Assembly: GCA_963716775.1 (NCBI GenBank)
Contig: CAVQUI010000004.1
Span: 288,360 to 352,359 of the forward strand
Length of the DNA: 64,000 nt
Direction: 5' to 3'
Source of the DNA: an uncultured delta proteobacterium
Lineage (GTDB): Bacteria > Myxococcota_A > Polyangia > Polyangiales > Houyiibacteriaceae
Part shown: one piece after another, positions 44,777 through 55,006 of the stretch
Layout: each line of letters begins with the position of its first letter
Position numbering within the stretch: the stretch's first letter is position 1
Made by a program: the position numbers and the translations under genes
Notes under the pieces: generated by a model
Told to the model about the DNA's origin: nothing
Database searches by the model: none
The model's input: only the letters and a program-made list of their open reading frames with translations

Positions 44777-45823
44777 ATGACGACGCTCGAGATTCAGCGC
44801 AACGTTCCGCTCGCTCCGCTCACCAGCTTGGAGCTCGGCGGGCCTGCGAAGCATTTCGTGCGCGCGAGCGACGAGGAGATCCTGGTCGACTCGCTCCGTT
44901 GGGCCGCCGACGAAGGCTTGCCGTCGGCCATTCTGGGTGGAGGCTCGAACCTCATCGTGCCCGATGCCGGCTACCAGGGGCTGGTCATTCAAATGGCGAT
45001 CGGCGAGCTCGATTTCCGTGGCGGAGGAGCGGTGATTGCCGGCGCCGGCGTCCCCTGGGAGAGCGTCGTGGATGGCGCGGTTGCCCGCGACTGGGCAGGG
45101 CTCGAATGTCTTGCGGGTATTCCCGGCTCGACAGGTGCAACGCCGATCCAGAACGTCGGCGCCTACGGTGCGGAAGTCGCCGAGGTGATCGCACAGGTTC
45201 GTGTTCTTCGTCGCGACACTCTTACCTTCGAAGAGCTCGCCCCCGAGGACTGCGGCTTCGCGTACCGCGATAGCCTCTTCAAACGCGAGCCCGATCGCTT
45301 CGTCGTCTCCGCGGTCCGGTTCGCGCTGCGTCCGAACGGCGTTGGAACGATTCGCTACGCCGAGCTCGAGAAGAGCGTCAGCCGCGACGCGACCCTCGAC
45401 GAGATCCGGCGCAGTGTACGGGCGCTCCGTCGCCGCAAGTCCATGCTGATCGATCCACGCGATCCCAATCGCCGCAGCGCGGGCTCTTTCTTCCTCAACC
45501 CGGTCGTTTCGCTGGAGGATGCCGAGCGTCTGGTCGAACAGGCCATTCGGGAGAACCTAGTCGCCACGGCCGACGAGGTTCCACGCTACCCAGCGCCCGG
45601 CGCCAAGGTGAAGCTCGCGGCCGGCTGGCTCATCGAAAAGGCCGGCATCGAGAAAGGCAGCCGGCGCGGCGCGATCGGGGTGTCGAGCCAGCACGCTCTG
45701 GCGCTCGTCCACCATGGCGGCGGCACGACCGCCGAGCTGCTTGCTTTCGCCGAGGAGATCCGGGCGCGCGTTAGCGACCGTTTCGGGGTCACCCTCGAAC
45801 GTGAGCCGCGACTGCTGGCCTGA
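44777..45823 (+). CDS. murB: UDP-N-acetylenolpyruvoylglucosamine reductase
   Basis: FAD-binding domain (LGGGSNLIV, AGIPGSTGATPIQNVGAYG) and a C-terminal MurB domain (SAGSFFLNP, AGWLIEKAG). Confidence 0.93.
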   Translation: MTTLEIQRNVPLAPLTSLELGGPAKHFVRASDEEILVDSLRWAADEGLPSAILGGGSNLIVPDAGYQGLVIQMAIGELDFRGGGAVIAGAGVPWESVVDGAVARDWAGLECLAGIPGSTGATPIQNVGAYGAEVAEVIAQVRVLRRDTLTFEELAPEDCGFAYRDSLFKREPDRFVVSAVRFALRPNGVGTIRYAELEKSVSRDATLDEIRRSVRALRRRKSMLIDPRDPNRRSAGSFFLNPVVSLEDAERLVEQAIRENLVATADEVPRYPAPGAKVKLAAGWLIEKAGIEKGSRRGAIGVSSQHALALVHHGGGTTAELLAFAEEIRARVSDRFGVTLEREPRLLA

Positions 45824-45824
45824 G

Positions 45825-46979
45825 TCACTCCGCGAACGGGTCGCTGAACGCCGGGTTGTTGAGCAGGTTCTCGTCGGTCAGCGTGCGAAGAAACGCGATC
45901 AGGTCTTGCTTTTCCTGCTCGGTGATCTCGAAGCCATTGAGGAAGCTGCTCTTGTTGGGGTTGTCGAAGCCGTCCCCCGCGTTGGGCCCGCTTTCGATCG
46001 AGCGACCGCCGCGCGCGTAGTGATCCACCACCTCTTCGAGTGTGGCGATCGAGCCGTCATGCATGTAGGGCGCCGTGACCGCGACGTTGCGGAGACTCGG
46101 TGGCTTGAATTTCCCCTTGTCTGCGGGGTCGTTCGTGATGTCGAAAAGCCCCTCGTTGCCTTCCGGGTAGCTGCCATCGGAGTCCAGATTGTAGAGGCCG
46201 TTGTTGATGAAGGTCTGCTGATTGAACTCGCTGCCGTCGTGATCGACCGCCTGCGAAAGCAGGAAGCCTCCGTGGCAGTGGAAGCATTCCAGCGCGTCCG
46301 GCACCCCGGCCTCGGTGGTGCCACCGAAGAAGAGCGCCTTTCCGCGCTGCTCCGACAAAGTGAGCGCGCTCGAGCCCTGGTCGTGCTTGGACTTGAAGCT
46401 GGTCAACGCCCTCTGAAACGAAGCGATCGCCTTAGTGATGCTATCCAAGTCGATGGAGTCCGTCTTCTCCGGAAACGCTTCTGCGAACATGGCCGGATAG
46501 CGCTCGTCGTCGCGCATCCGGCGGAGAAGCTCCTCTTCCATGTTGGCCATCCCGAGCTCCACCGGGTCCTCGCCGAACATCGGCACCAAGGCTTGCTCTT
46601 CGAGTTGCACCACGGCCGGATTCGCCCAGTTGAGCGATGCTGCGTAGCCCGAATTGACCACGCTCATCGCGCTGCGCGGATGAATCTCGCCGGTCGAGCC
46701 CTCGGCCTGCGCCAGCCCATCTGTGAAGGCCAGCTCTTGCAAGTGGCAAGTTCCGCAAGCCTGGGTTTGGTTTCCGGAGAGCTTCGTGTCGTAGAAGAGG
46801 AAACGCCCCAACTCGACCTTGGCCTCGGACATCGGGTTGTCTTCGGGAACCCGAGGCGGCGGAATGGTGTCCGGAAGGTCCCAGACCCATGCCCCGGACG
46901 TGGATGCGGCGTCGCTGTCGCCGCACCCAGTCCATAGGAGCACTGGCAATAAGATAAGAGCGTGTGAGAGGTGTTTCAT
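45825..46979 (-). CDS. Di-haem cytochrome c peroxidase-family enzyme, MbnH-like (lipoprotein)
   Basis: Lipobox LLWTGC and two haem c sites (CGTCHLQ and CFHCHGG). It lies immediately downstream of an MbnP-like gene. Confidence 0.85.
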   Translation of the reverse strand: MKHLSHALILLPVLLWTGCGDSDAASTSGAWVWDLPDTIPPPRVPEDNPMSEAKVELGRFLFYDTKLSGNQTQACGTCHLQELAFTDGLAQAEGSTGEIHPRSAMSVVNSGYAASLNWANPAVVQLEEQALVPMFGEDPVELGMANMEEELLRRMRDDERYPAMFAEAFPEKTDSIDLDSITKAIASFQRALTSFKSKHDQGSSALTLSEQRGKALFFGGTTEAGVPDALECFHCHGGFLLSQAVDHDGSEFNQQTFINNGLYNLDSDGSYPEGNEGLFDITNDPADKGKFKPPSLRNVAVTAPYMHDGSIATLEEVVDHYARGGRSIESGPNAGDGFDNPNKSSFLNGFEITEQEKQDLIAFLRTLTDENLLNNPAFSDPFAE

Positions 46980-47022
46980 TTGGAGGTGTGATTAAGGCTA
47001 ATGTTTGCGTCGAGCAATTGCT

Positions 47023-47880
47023 TTACTCGGCGGAAAAGAACTGCTGCGTTCCGGCAGGGGATTCCCCGAAGGCCAGACCCAGGTTGGCGAACAGCGGACC
47101 GCAGTCCGTGTCTGCCGGCTTCGACATGCAGCCTGCGTCGGCCGCCGCATCCTCATCGAGAGCCGCACCCTCGACGAGAGCCGCGTAGTCGGCCACGACG
47201 GTGTTCGCGCTCGCATCGAAAGCGTCAAACTCGACCTCGACTCGGTTGCCGTTGGCGCACTCGGTTACGCCGCCCGCCATGGGATCCCCTACGCAGCCCG
47301 TGCTGCCGAGGTGCATTCGCCAGTCGGTTTCACTGAACTGTCCCGAGTCGATCCGCAGGAACTTGTAACCGACCTGCCAGTCCCAGAAGAGCGAGGTGAG
47401 GTTCATGGGGCTCGGCGCCGTCGCGTGATTCACGTGGTTCATCTCGAAAGGCACGCCCATTTTGAATCGAAGACCGTCGTATTCCCCAGCCGGAACCGTG
47501 CCGACGACGCTGTCGTTGAGCTCCGGGTTGCCAAGCTCGCCGCAGCCATCTTCGAAGTCGAGCAACGCGACGCCGCTCGTCTGAAAAATGTTGTCGTCTA
47601 GCTGCACCGGCACCCAAATGCCCGCCGCGTCTTTCAGCTCGACGTCTTGCACGTAGAAGCGGAAGTCGCTGAGCACGAGTGAGCTATCGTTGGCACCGAG
47701 GTTGTCATAGGTGTCGCCGCAGACGAAGGTCTCGGTCCCGACCATGGCCGCGAATTCGATCGTCACGGCCTGTCCACCGCTGCCGCCTTCGCCACCCGCG
47801 CCCCCGGTTCCGTTCGAGCTGCTGTCACATCCCATGCCCGCCAAAGCAAGCGCCGCTACAAGAATCGTAAACTGCTTCAT
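47023..47880 (-). CDS. MbnP-like periplasmic (copper-binding) lipoprotein, partner of MbnH
   Basis: Lipobox LALAGMGC, Gly-rich linker, conserved Cys pairs and an SLFWDWQVGYKFLRID segment. GGAG lies 7 nt before the ATG. The family call rests on recalled family features and the pairing with MbnH. Confidence 0.6.
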   Translation of the reverse strand: MKQFTILVAALALAGMGCDSSSNGTGGAGGEGGSGGQAVTIEFAAMVGTETFVCGDTYDNLGANDSSLVLSDFRFYVQDVELKDAAGIWVPVQLDDNIFQTSGVALLDFEDGCGELGNPELNDSVVGTVPAGEYDGLRFKMGVPFEMNHVNHATAPSPMNLTSLFWDWQVGYKFLRIDSGQFSETDWRMHLGSTGCVGDPMAGGVTECANGNRVEVEFDAFDASANTVVADYAALVEGAALDEDAAADAGCMSKPADTDCGPLFANLGLAFGESPAGTQQFFSAE

Positions 47881-47897
47881 TCTCTTCTCCGTGGTCG

Positions 47898-48626
47898 TCA
47901 GAAACCATCTTCCAGCAGCGGAAGGGTGGCTCTCAACGACAACCGTACGTTTTCGGTTATCTGTCGTTGCACCGAGGTTGAGTCCTGCAGTGCAAAATCA
48001 ATGCCATCGAACCAGCTCGTGTGGTCGATTTGGATGGAGACGCTCTCGAGGACCGGGCCGTCGAAAATCAGCGGCCGGTCGAACGTCATCTCGCAGGGGA
48101 GGATCTCCCAGATGCGGGTGAGCAGGGCAGATTGGTCGACTCCCTCGGCGTCCTCGACGCGGCCCGCAATGAGGACGCTGTGCTCCATCATGTCGAGGTT
48201 TTCGTCGGTTAAGCCCTCGGCATCCTGGTCGGCTGGCATCCCGATCACGCGAATGCCGCAGTACCGGCCTGGAGGCGGCCGTAGGGTCCCGGCGAAGAGC
48301 GGTACTCCAGCGCTCTCCATGAGATCGATCACCAGCGGCACACCCAAGCTCGTCGGCGATGAGAACTCGTGGGCCTTCGCTCTCGGAACGCTGACGAGTT
48401 TCCAAAGATCCAGGACAAAATTGTCACAGCGGATCAGCTCGACTCTGCCGACTGCGATCATCGCTCGCTCGAGACGGACTCGGTAGCCCATGTCGGTGCG
48501 AACCGCTGCCGGCGTCGCGGCGGGCTGGTAGGCGACGTCCACCTCGATGCCATCGGTCACTCGCATGCAGCTTGGAAGCGACGCCAGGCTGAGGAGCACC
48601 GTTGCAATGAGCAGACTAAATCTCAT
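47898..48626 (-). CDS. Lipoprotein of unknown function
   Basis: MRFSLLIATVLLSLASLPSC lipobox. The ATG at 48624-48626 overlaps the end of the upstream gene by 11 nt. Confidence 0.55.
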   Translation of the reverse strand: MRFSLLIATVLLSLASLPSCMRVTDGIEVDVAYQPAATPAAVRTDMGYRVRLERAMIAVGRVELIRCDNFVLDLWKLVSVPRAKAHEFSSPTSLGVPLVIDLMESAGVPLFAGTLRPPPGRYCGIRVIGMPADQDAEGLTDENLDMMEHSVLIAGRVEDAEGVDQSALLTRIWEILPCEMTFDRPLIFDGPVLESVSIQIDHTSWFDGIDFALQDSTSVQRQITENVRLSLRATLPLLEDGF

Positions 48627-49506
48627 AGACCAGTCCTGCAGTGATCGCGAGACCTTCCACGTGGCTTCCGTCGAGCCGCTGAATCAGTGGCACCGCCGTG
48701 GTCAGGTGAAGCAACACCTTCTGGTGTGGCAAGCCGATCAAGCCCAACGTTCCGTAGGTGATGTGGCCGCCTGTGTTTGGGTCACGAACGCCAGCGATGT
48801 AGCTCGGCTGGTCGAATCTGAACTCAGCTCCCAGCTGAAAGGCGAGAAAGTGCCAGGGCTGAAGTTGCGCGAGCGCTGTTTGTCGAAAGCTGATCCCGAC
48901 GTTCGTATCCGCAGGGCCCTGCGTCGGGAAGATCCCAACCGAGGAAATGTAGAGCGACCAGGGATCTGAGAACATCGTGTACGAAGCGCCGGCGATTGGA
49001 TCCCATGAGCCGGTGCCAGCCTGAAACTCGAGGGGAAGCGGCACGCCTTGCGCATCGCGCTCGATCGAGCTGGTCGGGAACTCGAGGCCGCCGATCAGGC
49101 TCAGCAAGTGACGTGGCGCGAACTTACGATCGCGCCAGACGACGGCGCGCGCGCGAAACTCCAAATCGCCCGGGGCCCAAATGTCCGCCTCGGCAAGGTT
49201 GACCGCGCTTACCAGGCGATGAACCAGCGGCATCATCAAGGACAGCGTCCATCGGTCCGTCGGCGAGTACGCGCCCGCGAGCTCCATGCGCTGCTCGGAC
49301 AGCCTGAGCTCGTCCACCTGAGCCTCTCCGATCCGATCATTCCGATGCCGGATGGTTCCCGAGGTTCGCACCCGCTGGCTCTTCGGTTGCTCGAAACCGA
49401 CGATGGTCAGGGTCGGATCTCCAACGGCGCAGGTTCCGCACGCAGAAACCTCCGCTGCAATCGAAAACGGCGCGAGCAGCGCCGCGATCACCCAACAACC
49501 CTTCAC
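48616..49506 (-). CDS. Probable outer-membrane beta-barrel protein with an N-terminal CGTC motif
   Basis: GTG start and a signal peptide ending AAEVSA/CGTCAVGDP. Alternating amphipathic beta-strand pattern through to the C-terminus (ITAGLVYEI). Confidence 0.5.
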   Translation of the reverse strand: MKGCWVIAALLAPFSIAAEVSACGTCAVGDPTLTIVGFEQPKSQRVRTSGTIRHRNDRIGEAQVDELRLSEQRMELAGAYSPTDRWTLSLMMPLVHRLVSAVNLAEADIWAPGDLEFRARAVVWRDRKFAPRHLLSLIGGLEFPTSSIERDAQGVPLPLEFQAGTGSWDPIAGASYTMFSDPWSLYISSVGIFPTQGPADTNVGISFRQTALAQLQPWHFLAFQLGAEFRFDQPSYIAGVRDPNTGGHITYGTLGLIGLPHQKVLLHLTTAVPLIQRLDGSHVEGLAITAGLVYEI

Positions 49507-49564
49507 CGGCCAGAGCTTAGGGATGGAAGGCCCTTGCTTGTACGTGGCAAATCGTCGCAGTAGC

Positions 49565-50140
49565 TCAGCGCGGCATTGGGAACTTCGACAGCTTGCGCTG
49601 AAGTGAGCGCCGGTGAATCCCTAGTCTTTCCGCAGCCTTAGTGATGTTGCCACCGCAGTCGGTAAGCACCCGCTGTATGTGCTCCCACTCGACCCGGGCC
49701 AGGGACGGCGTTTCGGGTGCCTCGCTTTCGGTCGGAGCGGCTTCCGGGTCGGTTGGCCAATCCCCTCGCTCGAACGAGCTGATGACCTCATCGACGTCCG
49801 CTGGCTTGGTCAGGTAGTGCGTAGCGCCGAGCCGTACGGCCTCGAGCGCCGTCGCGATGCTTCCATAACCGGTGAGCACGACAATTCTGGTCGCCGGGTC
49901 GATTCGGTGCAGCTCGCGCACCAGCTCCAAGCCGGACTTGCCGGGCATACGGAGATCAACGACGGCATACTCTGTGCTTTCCTGTTCGGCGACTGCGACC
50001 GCGGCGTCGTAGCCATCGGCCTGCTGCGCTTCGTAGCCGCGCTCCTCGAATGCACGAGCCATACGTGAACGAAGCCGCTCATCGTCGTCGACCAGCAGGA
50101 TTGATGGCTTAGGGCTGCTGCGGTCTTGTGCGTCGGTCAT
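49565..50140 (-). CDS. RegA/PrrA/ActR-type response regulator (receiver plus Fis-type HTH)
   Basis: ATG at 50138-50140 overlaps the kinase TGA (ATGA). ILLVDDD...DLRMPG, with C-terminal HTH GNITKAAERLGIHRRSLQRKL. Confidence 0.85.
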   Translation of the reverse strand: MTDAQDRSSPKPSILLVDDDERLRSRMARAFEERGYEAQQADGYDAAVAVAEQESTEYAVVDLRMPGKSGLELVRELHRIDPATRIVVLTGYGSIATALEAVRLGATHYLTKPADVDEVISSFERGDWPTDPEAAPTESEAPETPSLARVEWEHIQRVLTDCGGNITKAAERLGIHRRSLQRKLSKFPMPR

Positions 50141-51378
50141 CGGCCTTGTGGAAGCACGACGCGGATGGTCGTCCCCTGGTCGCTCGCCGACTCGATCGCG
50201 AGTCGGCCACCCAGCGAGTCTACGAGTGTCCGCGCCAAGAACAAACCCAGGCCCATTCGGTCGCCGGTGTTCTTCGTCGTGAAGAAGGGGTCGGTCGCGC
50301 GTTTCGCCGTCTGTTCGTCCATCCCGTGCCCTTCGTCGACGAAGCAAAGCTCGATGCCCGCCTCGATTCGGCTCACCCGGAGTGAAACACGCCCTGCGTC
50401 GCAAGCGTCAAAGCCATTGCGCGCGATGTTCTCGACCATCTGCACCAGGGCGTCCTCCGGCGCTTCGATCCTGGCGACGGTAGTCTCGGTGACCCAGCGT
50501 TCGGCTTGCTCGGGGCTCAGCCGCGAGCGCACCTCTTCGAAAAGCGCCTCGATCGACACCGAGCTCAGCGCTTCACCGACGTGCTCGCCTCCGGCAGCCG
50601 CCATTCGGTCGAGCACCACGCGACATCGCTCGAGCTCTTCGCGGATCAGCTCCGCGTCTTCGACGAGTCCCTCGCCGCCCGGGACCTTCCGCGCCTGACG
50701 CTCCATCTCCTTGGCCGCGACCGCAATCGTGCCCAGAGGCGTTCCGAGCTCATGTGCAGCGCCAGCCGCCAAGGTTGCGATCGAGGCCAGCTTTCCCCAG
50801 CGGTGCGTCCTTTCTTCGGCCTCGGCGAGCGCTCGTTCGCGTCTCCGAAGCTCCAGTGACAACTGGCTCACGAAATACGTAATGAGCGCGACGGCTAGAA
50901 CCAAGGCGATGAACATCCCGTACAGATGGGTTTGAAACCCCTCGTCATGCCCAGAGTGGCCGAGATGCTCGCTGGGCACGTGAACCAAGAACAGGGTGGC
51001 GAACGACACGATGGAGAGCGCAGCGATCGTCCAGGTCCACTTCGGCGCGAGCATCACTGCAGACATCGCGATGTAGACGACGTAGATGATGCTGAACGGA
51101 TTGGTCGGGCCGCCCGAGAGGTACAGCAGCCCAGAGAGCAGCGCGACGTCCAGAACGAGGAACGCCCCGAGGTGACCGGCGTCAGCCTTGCGGGACGCCA
51201 GCCAGAAGTTGGAAAGCGCCCCTGCGGCTACCAGGGACCACATGGGAACGAGGGGCAGAGCCACGTCGAGGCCCTGGGTTGCGATCAGAATGGCCGCCGC
51301 CTGGATGGCCAGGGCGCCCCAGCGCATGCGCGCCAGCCATTCCGCGCCAGTCGCCGAGGCTCGTTCCTCGGGGCTCAC
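50137..51378 (-). CDS. RegB/PrrB/ActS-type membrane sensor histidine kinase
   Basis: Six TM helices. The GGxxNPF quinone-site heptapeptide reads SGGPTNPF (51094-51114). H-box [12 protein letters not shown] is followed by a Cys ([11 protein letters not shown]). HATPase motifs are present. The GTG start overlaps the dnaK TGA. Confidence 0.8.
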   Translation of the reverse strand: MSPEERASATGAEWLARMRWGALAIQAAAILIATQGLDVALPLVPMWSLVAAGALSNFWLASRKADAGHLGAFLVLDVALLSGLLYLSGGPTNPFSIIYVVYIAMSAVMLAPKWTWTIAALSIVSFATLFLVHVPSEHLGHSGHDEGFQTHLYGMFIALVLAVALITYFVSQLSLELRRRERALAEAEERTHRWGKLASIATLAAGAAHELGTPLGTIAVAAKEMERQARKVPGGEGLVEDAELIREELERCRVVLDRMAAAGGEHVGEALSSVSIEALFEEVRSRLSPEQAERWVTETTVARIEAPEDALVQMVENIARNGFDACDAGRVSLRVSRIEAGIELCFVDEGHGMDEQTAKRATDPFFTTKNTGDRMGLGLFLARTLVDSLGGRLAIESASDQGTTIRVVLPQGR

Positions 51379-53216
51379 GAATCGGACTGAGCGTCTCCGG
51401 TCGAGTCGAGGTCGACCGTGCCGTACATCGCTTCGGCGATCTTGTAGGCGCTCAGCTCTAGCGTCTCGAGCCCGTCCTTGATTGCGATCGCGTCGCCCTC
51501 GTTGACGGAGAAGTGCAGGGCCTCGATGTCGGCTTCCACTTGAGCCACGACCTCTTCGGGGACGAGCTCACGGCATTCCGCGACCGCCCGCTCGCTCGTG
51601 TAGAGAAGGGCTTCGGCCGCATTGCGTAGCTCGGCGAGCTCACGGCGCTTCTGGTCGGTCGTCTTGTAAGCGTCGGCTTCTCCGATAATGCGTTCGATGT
51701 CTCCCTCGGTCAGACCGCTCGAGGCGACGACGCGAATGTTTTGCTCTCGGTTCGTTCCGAGGTCCTTGGCGCTCACGTTGACCACGCCGTCGGCGTCGAT
51801 GTCGAAGGTCACCTCGATCTCCGGAACGCCTCGCGGCGCTGGAACAATCGGCGCAAGCTCGAACTTGGCCAAGGACTTGTTGTCCGCGGCCATCTCGCGT
51901 TCGCCCTGCAAGACGTGAATCGGCACGAAGGACTGGTTGTCCACGCTGGTCGTGAAGATCTCCTTGGAGCGCGTGGGCACCGTCGTGTTGCGCGGGATCA
52001 GCTTGTGGAACACGCCGCCGCCAGTTTCGACCCCCAGGCTCAACGGCGTGACGTCGAGAAGAAGCACCTCTTGAACCTCGCCAGCCAGCGCAGCGCCTTG
52101 AAGGGCAGCTCCCATCGCCACCACTTCGTCCGGATTCACACCCTTGTAGGGAGCCTTTCCAAAGAAGTCCTGGACCTTCGACTGGACCATCGGCATGCGT
52201 GTTTGGCCCCCCACAAGCAGGATTTCGTCGATATCCTCCTTCTTGAGGTGGGCGTCATCCAGGGCCTGTTTGCAAGGCCCCAGTGTGCGGTCGATGATCT
52301 CGGAGACCAGGATTTCGAGCTCGCTCCGCTTGAGCTTGGTTTCGAGATGCTTGGGGCCCGTTTCATCGGATGCGATGAATGGAAGGTTGATCTCCGTCTC
52401 GAACGAAGAGGACAGCTCGTGCTTGGCCTTCTCGGCCTGTTCCTTGAGGCGTTGGAGCGCAACACGATCTTCGTGCAGATCGATCCCGCTGCTTTCTTTG
52501 AAGCGCCGAGCAAGCTCCTCGACCAGGGCGTTGTCCAAATCTTCGCCGCCGAGGTGGGTGTCTCCAGCGGTCGACTTCACGCTGAAAACGCCGTCGGAGA
52601 TTTCCAGGATGGAGATATCGAACGTGCCGCCGCCCAAGTCGTACACCGCGATGCGCTTGCCTTCTTTCTCTTCGAAACCGTATGCAAGCGCTGCCGCCGT
52701 GGGTTCGTTGATGATGCGTCGCACTTCGAGGCCGGCGATCTTGCCTGCAGCAATCGTGGCAGAACGCTGCGCGTCGTTGAAATACGCAGGGACGGTCACG
52801 ATCGCCTCTTCGACATTTTCACCGAGGAACGACTCGGCGACCTCTCGCATCTTTTCGAGCACCATGGCCGAGACTTCGGGCGGCGAGTATCGATGCCCCT
52901 GCGCCTGAATCCAGGCGTCACCGAGCTCGTTCTCGACGACCTCGTACGGCACCGCGCGCTTGTGCCTCTGCGCCGGCTCAGCGTCGAACGGCAGTCCCAT
53001 CAAGCGCTTGATGGCGAAGATCGTGCTCTCGGGGTTGGTCACTCCTTGGCGTTTGGCCACGCTGCCCACGCGGCGCTCGCCGTCCTTGGCAAAGGAGACG
53101 ACCGAGGGCGTGGTGCGGCTGCCTTCCGCATTTGGAATGACCTGCGGCTCCCCGTTGTCGACGAATGCGACACAGGAGTTCGTCGTCCCCAGATCGATCC
53201 CGATGATCTTCCCCAT
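51375..53216 (-). CDS. dnaK: Molecular chaperone DnaK (Hsp70)
   Basis: [17 protein letters not shown]..., [20 protein letters not shown]. 613 aa. Confidence 0.97.
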   Translation of the reverse strand: MGKIIGIDLGTTNSCVAFVDNGEPQVIPNAEGSRTTPSVVSFAKDGERRVGSVAKRQGVTNPESTIFAIKRLMGLPFDAEPAQRHKRAVPYEVVENELGDAWIQAQGHRYSPPEVSAMVLEKMREVAESFLGENVEEAIVTVPAYFNDAQRSATIAAGKIAGLEVRRIINEPTAAALAYGFEEKEGKRIAVYDLGGGTFDISILEISDGVFSVKSTAGDTHLGGEDLDNALVEELARRFKESSGIDLHEDRVALQRLKEQAEKAKHELSSSFETEINLPFIASDETGPKHLETKLKRSELEILVSEIIDRTLGPCKQALDDAHLKKEDIDEILLVGGQTRMPMVQSKVQDFFGKAPYKGVNPDEVVAMGAALQGAALAGEVQEVLLLDVTPLSLGVETGGGVFHKLIPRNTTVPTRSKEIFTTSVDNQSFVPIHVLQGEREMAADNKSLAKFELAPIVPAPRGVPEIEVTFDIDADGVVNVSAKDLGTNREQNIRVVASSGLTEGDIERIIGEADAYKTTDQKRRELAELRNAAEALLYTSERAVAECRELVPEEVVAQVEADIEALHFSVNEGDAIAIKDGLETLELSAYKIAEAMYGTVDLDSTGDAQSDS

Positions 53217-53272
53217 TTCTCTCCTAATCCCCTTATACTCTCAGCTGGAGTCCTGTCGCTGCAAAGGTGTGA

Positions 53273-53869
53273 CTAGTCATCGCTGTCCGGATCATCCGTG
53301 CTGGTTACGGGTTTGGCGACGACCACCATGGCCGGCCGTAGCAGGCGCTCCCCCAGGAAGTAGCCCGGCACGACCTCTCCGACGATGGTGCCCGGCGCAT
53401 GTTCATTGGTCTCCGTCTGCTGCATGGCGTCATGGCAGGTTGGATCGAACAGATTTCCGACGGTCGGAACGCGCCTGAGGTCTAGGCGATTGGCGATGTC
53501 TTCGAAGCCTCGCAGCACCATGTGCACGCCGTCAGCGACAGCCGAAACGTCCGTCGCGCCCGCCATGGCGCCGGCTGCCCGCTCGAGATTGTCGACGATC
53601 GGCAGAACCTCGCGAAGCGTGTCCTCGATCGCCCGTCGGCGAACTTCTTCGATTTCCTTGCGTGATCGCTTCCGAAAATTGTCGAAATCGGCCGCAATGC
53701 GAAGGAGCTGATCACGCATACGATCGCGTTCCGCATGCGCCCTTTCGAGATCGCTCGGCTCGGCTTCCGCCTCCTCCTCGCCCTCTTCCTCCGGAAAGAT
53801 GACGTCTTCCTCTTCAGCCCCGCCGTCGGCTTCCTCGACGTCCGGCTTTTCCCCCGCGTGTTCGCTCAT
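53273..53869 (-). CDS. grpE: Nucleotide exchange factor GrpE
   Basis: Acidic N-terminus, then RIAADFDNFRKRSRKE and the C-terminal GY.L.ERLLRPA.V motif. Confidence 0.93.
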   Translation of the reverse strand: MSEHAGEKPDVEEADGGAEEEDVIFPEEEGEEEAEAEPSDLERAHAERDRMRDQLLRIAADFDNFRKRSRKEIEEVRRRAIEDTLREVLPIVDNLERAAGAMAGATDVSAVADGVHMVLRGFEDIANRLDLRRVPTVGNLFDPTCHDAMQQTETNEHAPGTIVGEVVPGYFLGERLLRPAMVVVAKPVTSTDDPDSDD

Positions 53870-53888
53870 TCTCCGTAACCGTCTTTCT

Positions 53889-54947
53889 TCAGGATCTCTT
53901 CGATCTGCCCGGCAGCCGTCCGTCGAGTACGTCGCTTAGCACATCGGCGGCAAATCCTACCAAGGGCACGTAATTCTTGTAGTCCATGCGCGTTGGGCCC
54001 ACGATTCCAAACGAGCCGACCCGGGCGCCATCCCTGCGGTATGGACTCGAAATGACGCTGATGTCGTTCACGTCGTCGAGCGCTGCCTCGGAGCCGATGA
54101 AGACCTGAACGCCATCGGCGAGTAAGGTTTGCTCGAGTAGCTCCAGAAGCTTCTGCTTCTCCTCAAAGGCGTTGAGGTATCGGCGAATCTTCTCCGCATC
54201 GCCGAATTCGGGCCGATCGAATAGGGCGCCCTGCCCTTCGATGACGACTCGGGCGCGCTCCATCCGGCCCTCGACCGTGGCCTCGACCATCTGCTGTGCC
54301 TGCTTTCGCAGGAGTTGATACTGTCCTTGTTCGGTCGCGAGGCGCACCGCGAGCAGATCTCGGACCGCCTCGAGCGTCCGGCCCCCGACCAGCTCGGCCA
54401 GGTAGTTGTTCACTCGCTCGAGACTGTGATCGTCCACCACGACTTCGGCGACGACGACCCGGTTTTCGACAGCGCCGCTGCGCGTGACCAGGACCGCGAG
54501 CGTCCGGCCCTCGGAAAGACGCATGAACCGCAACTGATCGAGTCTAGCTTCCGACACCGTCGGCTCCGCGATGATCGTCGCTGTCCCCGTGAGGCGACTC
54601 AGGAGCTGACCGGTCGCCCGCACTGCGTCGGCGCCTGGCTCCAAGTCTTGAAGGCGCCGAATCAGCTCGGTTCGGTGAGCGTCGGAGATTTCACCGGCCG
54701 TGGCCATCGCGTCGACGAAGCAACGAAAGCCGGCGTCGGTCGGGACGCGGCCTGCGCTCGTGTGCGGCTGGTGGAGAAACTCGGCCTCTTCCAGATCAGC
54801 GAGGACGTTTCGAATCGTCGCAGGCGACAGCTTGATTCCATAGCGCTTCGCGATACGCCGCGAGCTCACAGCCTTTCCCGAGGCGATGTACTCGGTCACG
54901 ACCGCGAACAGGATTCGGCGATGCCGCTCGTCCAATGTCACTGTCAC
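53889..54947 (-). CDS. hrcA: Heat-inducible transcription repressor HrcA
   Basis: LDERHRRILFAVVTEYIASGKAVSSRRIAKRYGIKLSPATIRNVLADLEE...HTSAGRVPT. GTG start. Confidence 0.92.
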   Translation of the reverse strand: MTVTLDERHRRILFAVVTEYIASGKAVSSRRIAKRYGIKLSPATIRNVLADLEEAEFLHQPHTSAGRVPTDAGFRCFVDAMATAGEISDAHRTELIRRLQDLEPGADAVRATGQLLSRLTGTATIIAEPTVSEARLDQLRFMRLSEGRTLAVLVTRSGAVENRVVVAEVVVDDHSLERVNNYLAELVGGRTLEAVRDLLAVRLATEQGQYQLLRKQAQQMVEATVEGRMERARVVIEGQGALFDRPEFGDAEKIRRYLNAFEEKQKLLELLEQTLLADGVQVFIGSEAALDDVNDISVISSPYRRDGARVGSFGIVGPTRMDYKNYVPLVGFAADVLSDVLDGRLPGRSKRS

Positions 54948-55006
54948 GCTTTAAAGAAAGTAGAAGCTAAGGGGGTTCTGTCAAGCCCGCGAAACTGGGC
55001 AGAAAA

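Noticed and set aside
51741-53276. 511-aa ORF on the plus strand
   Set aside because: It is antisense to dnaK, which is unambiguous. The product is low-complexity (R/D/L/G-rich) with no domain signature.
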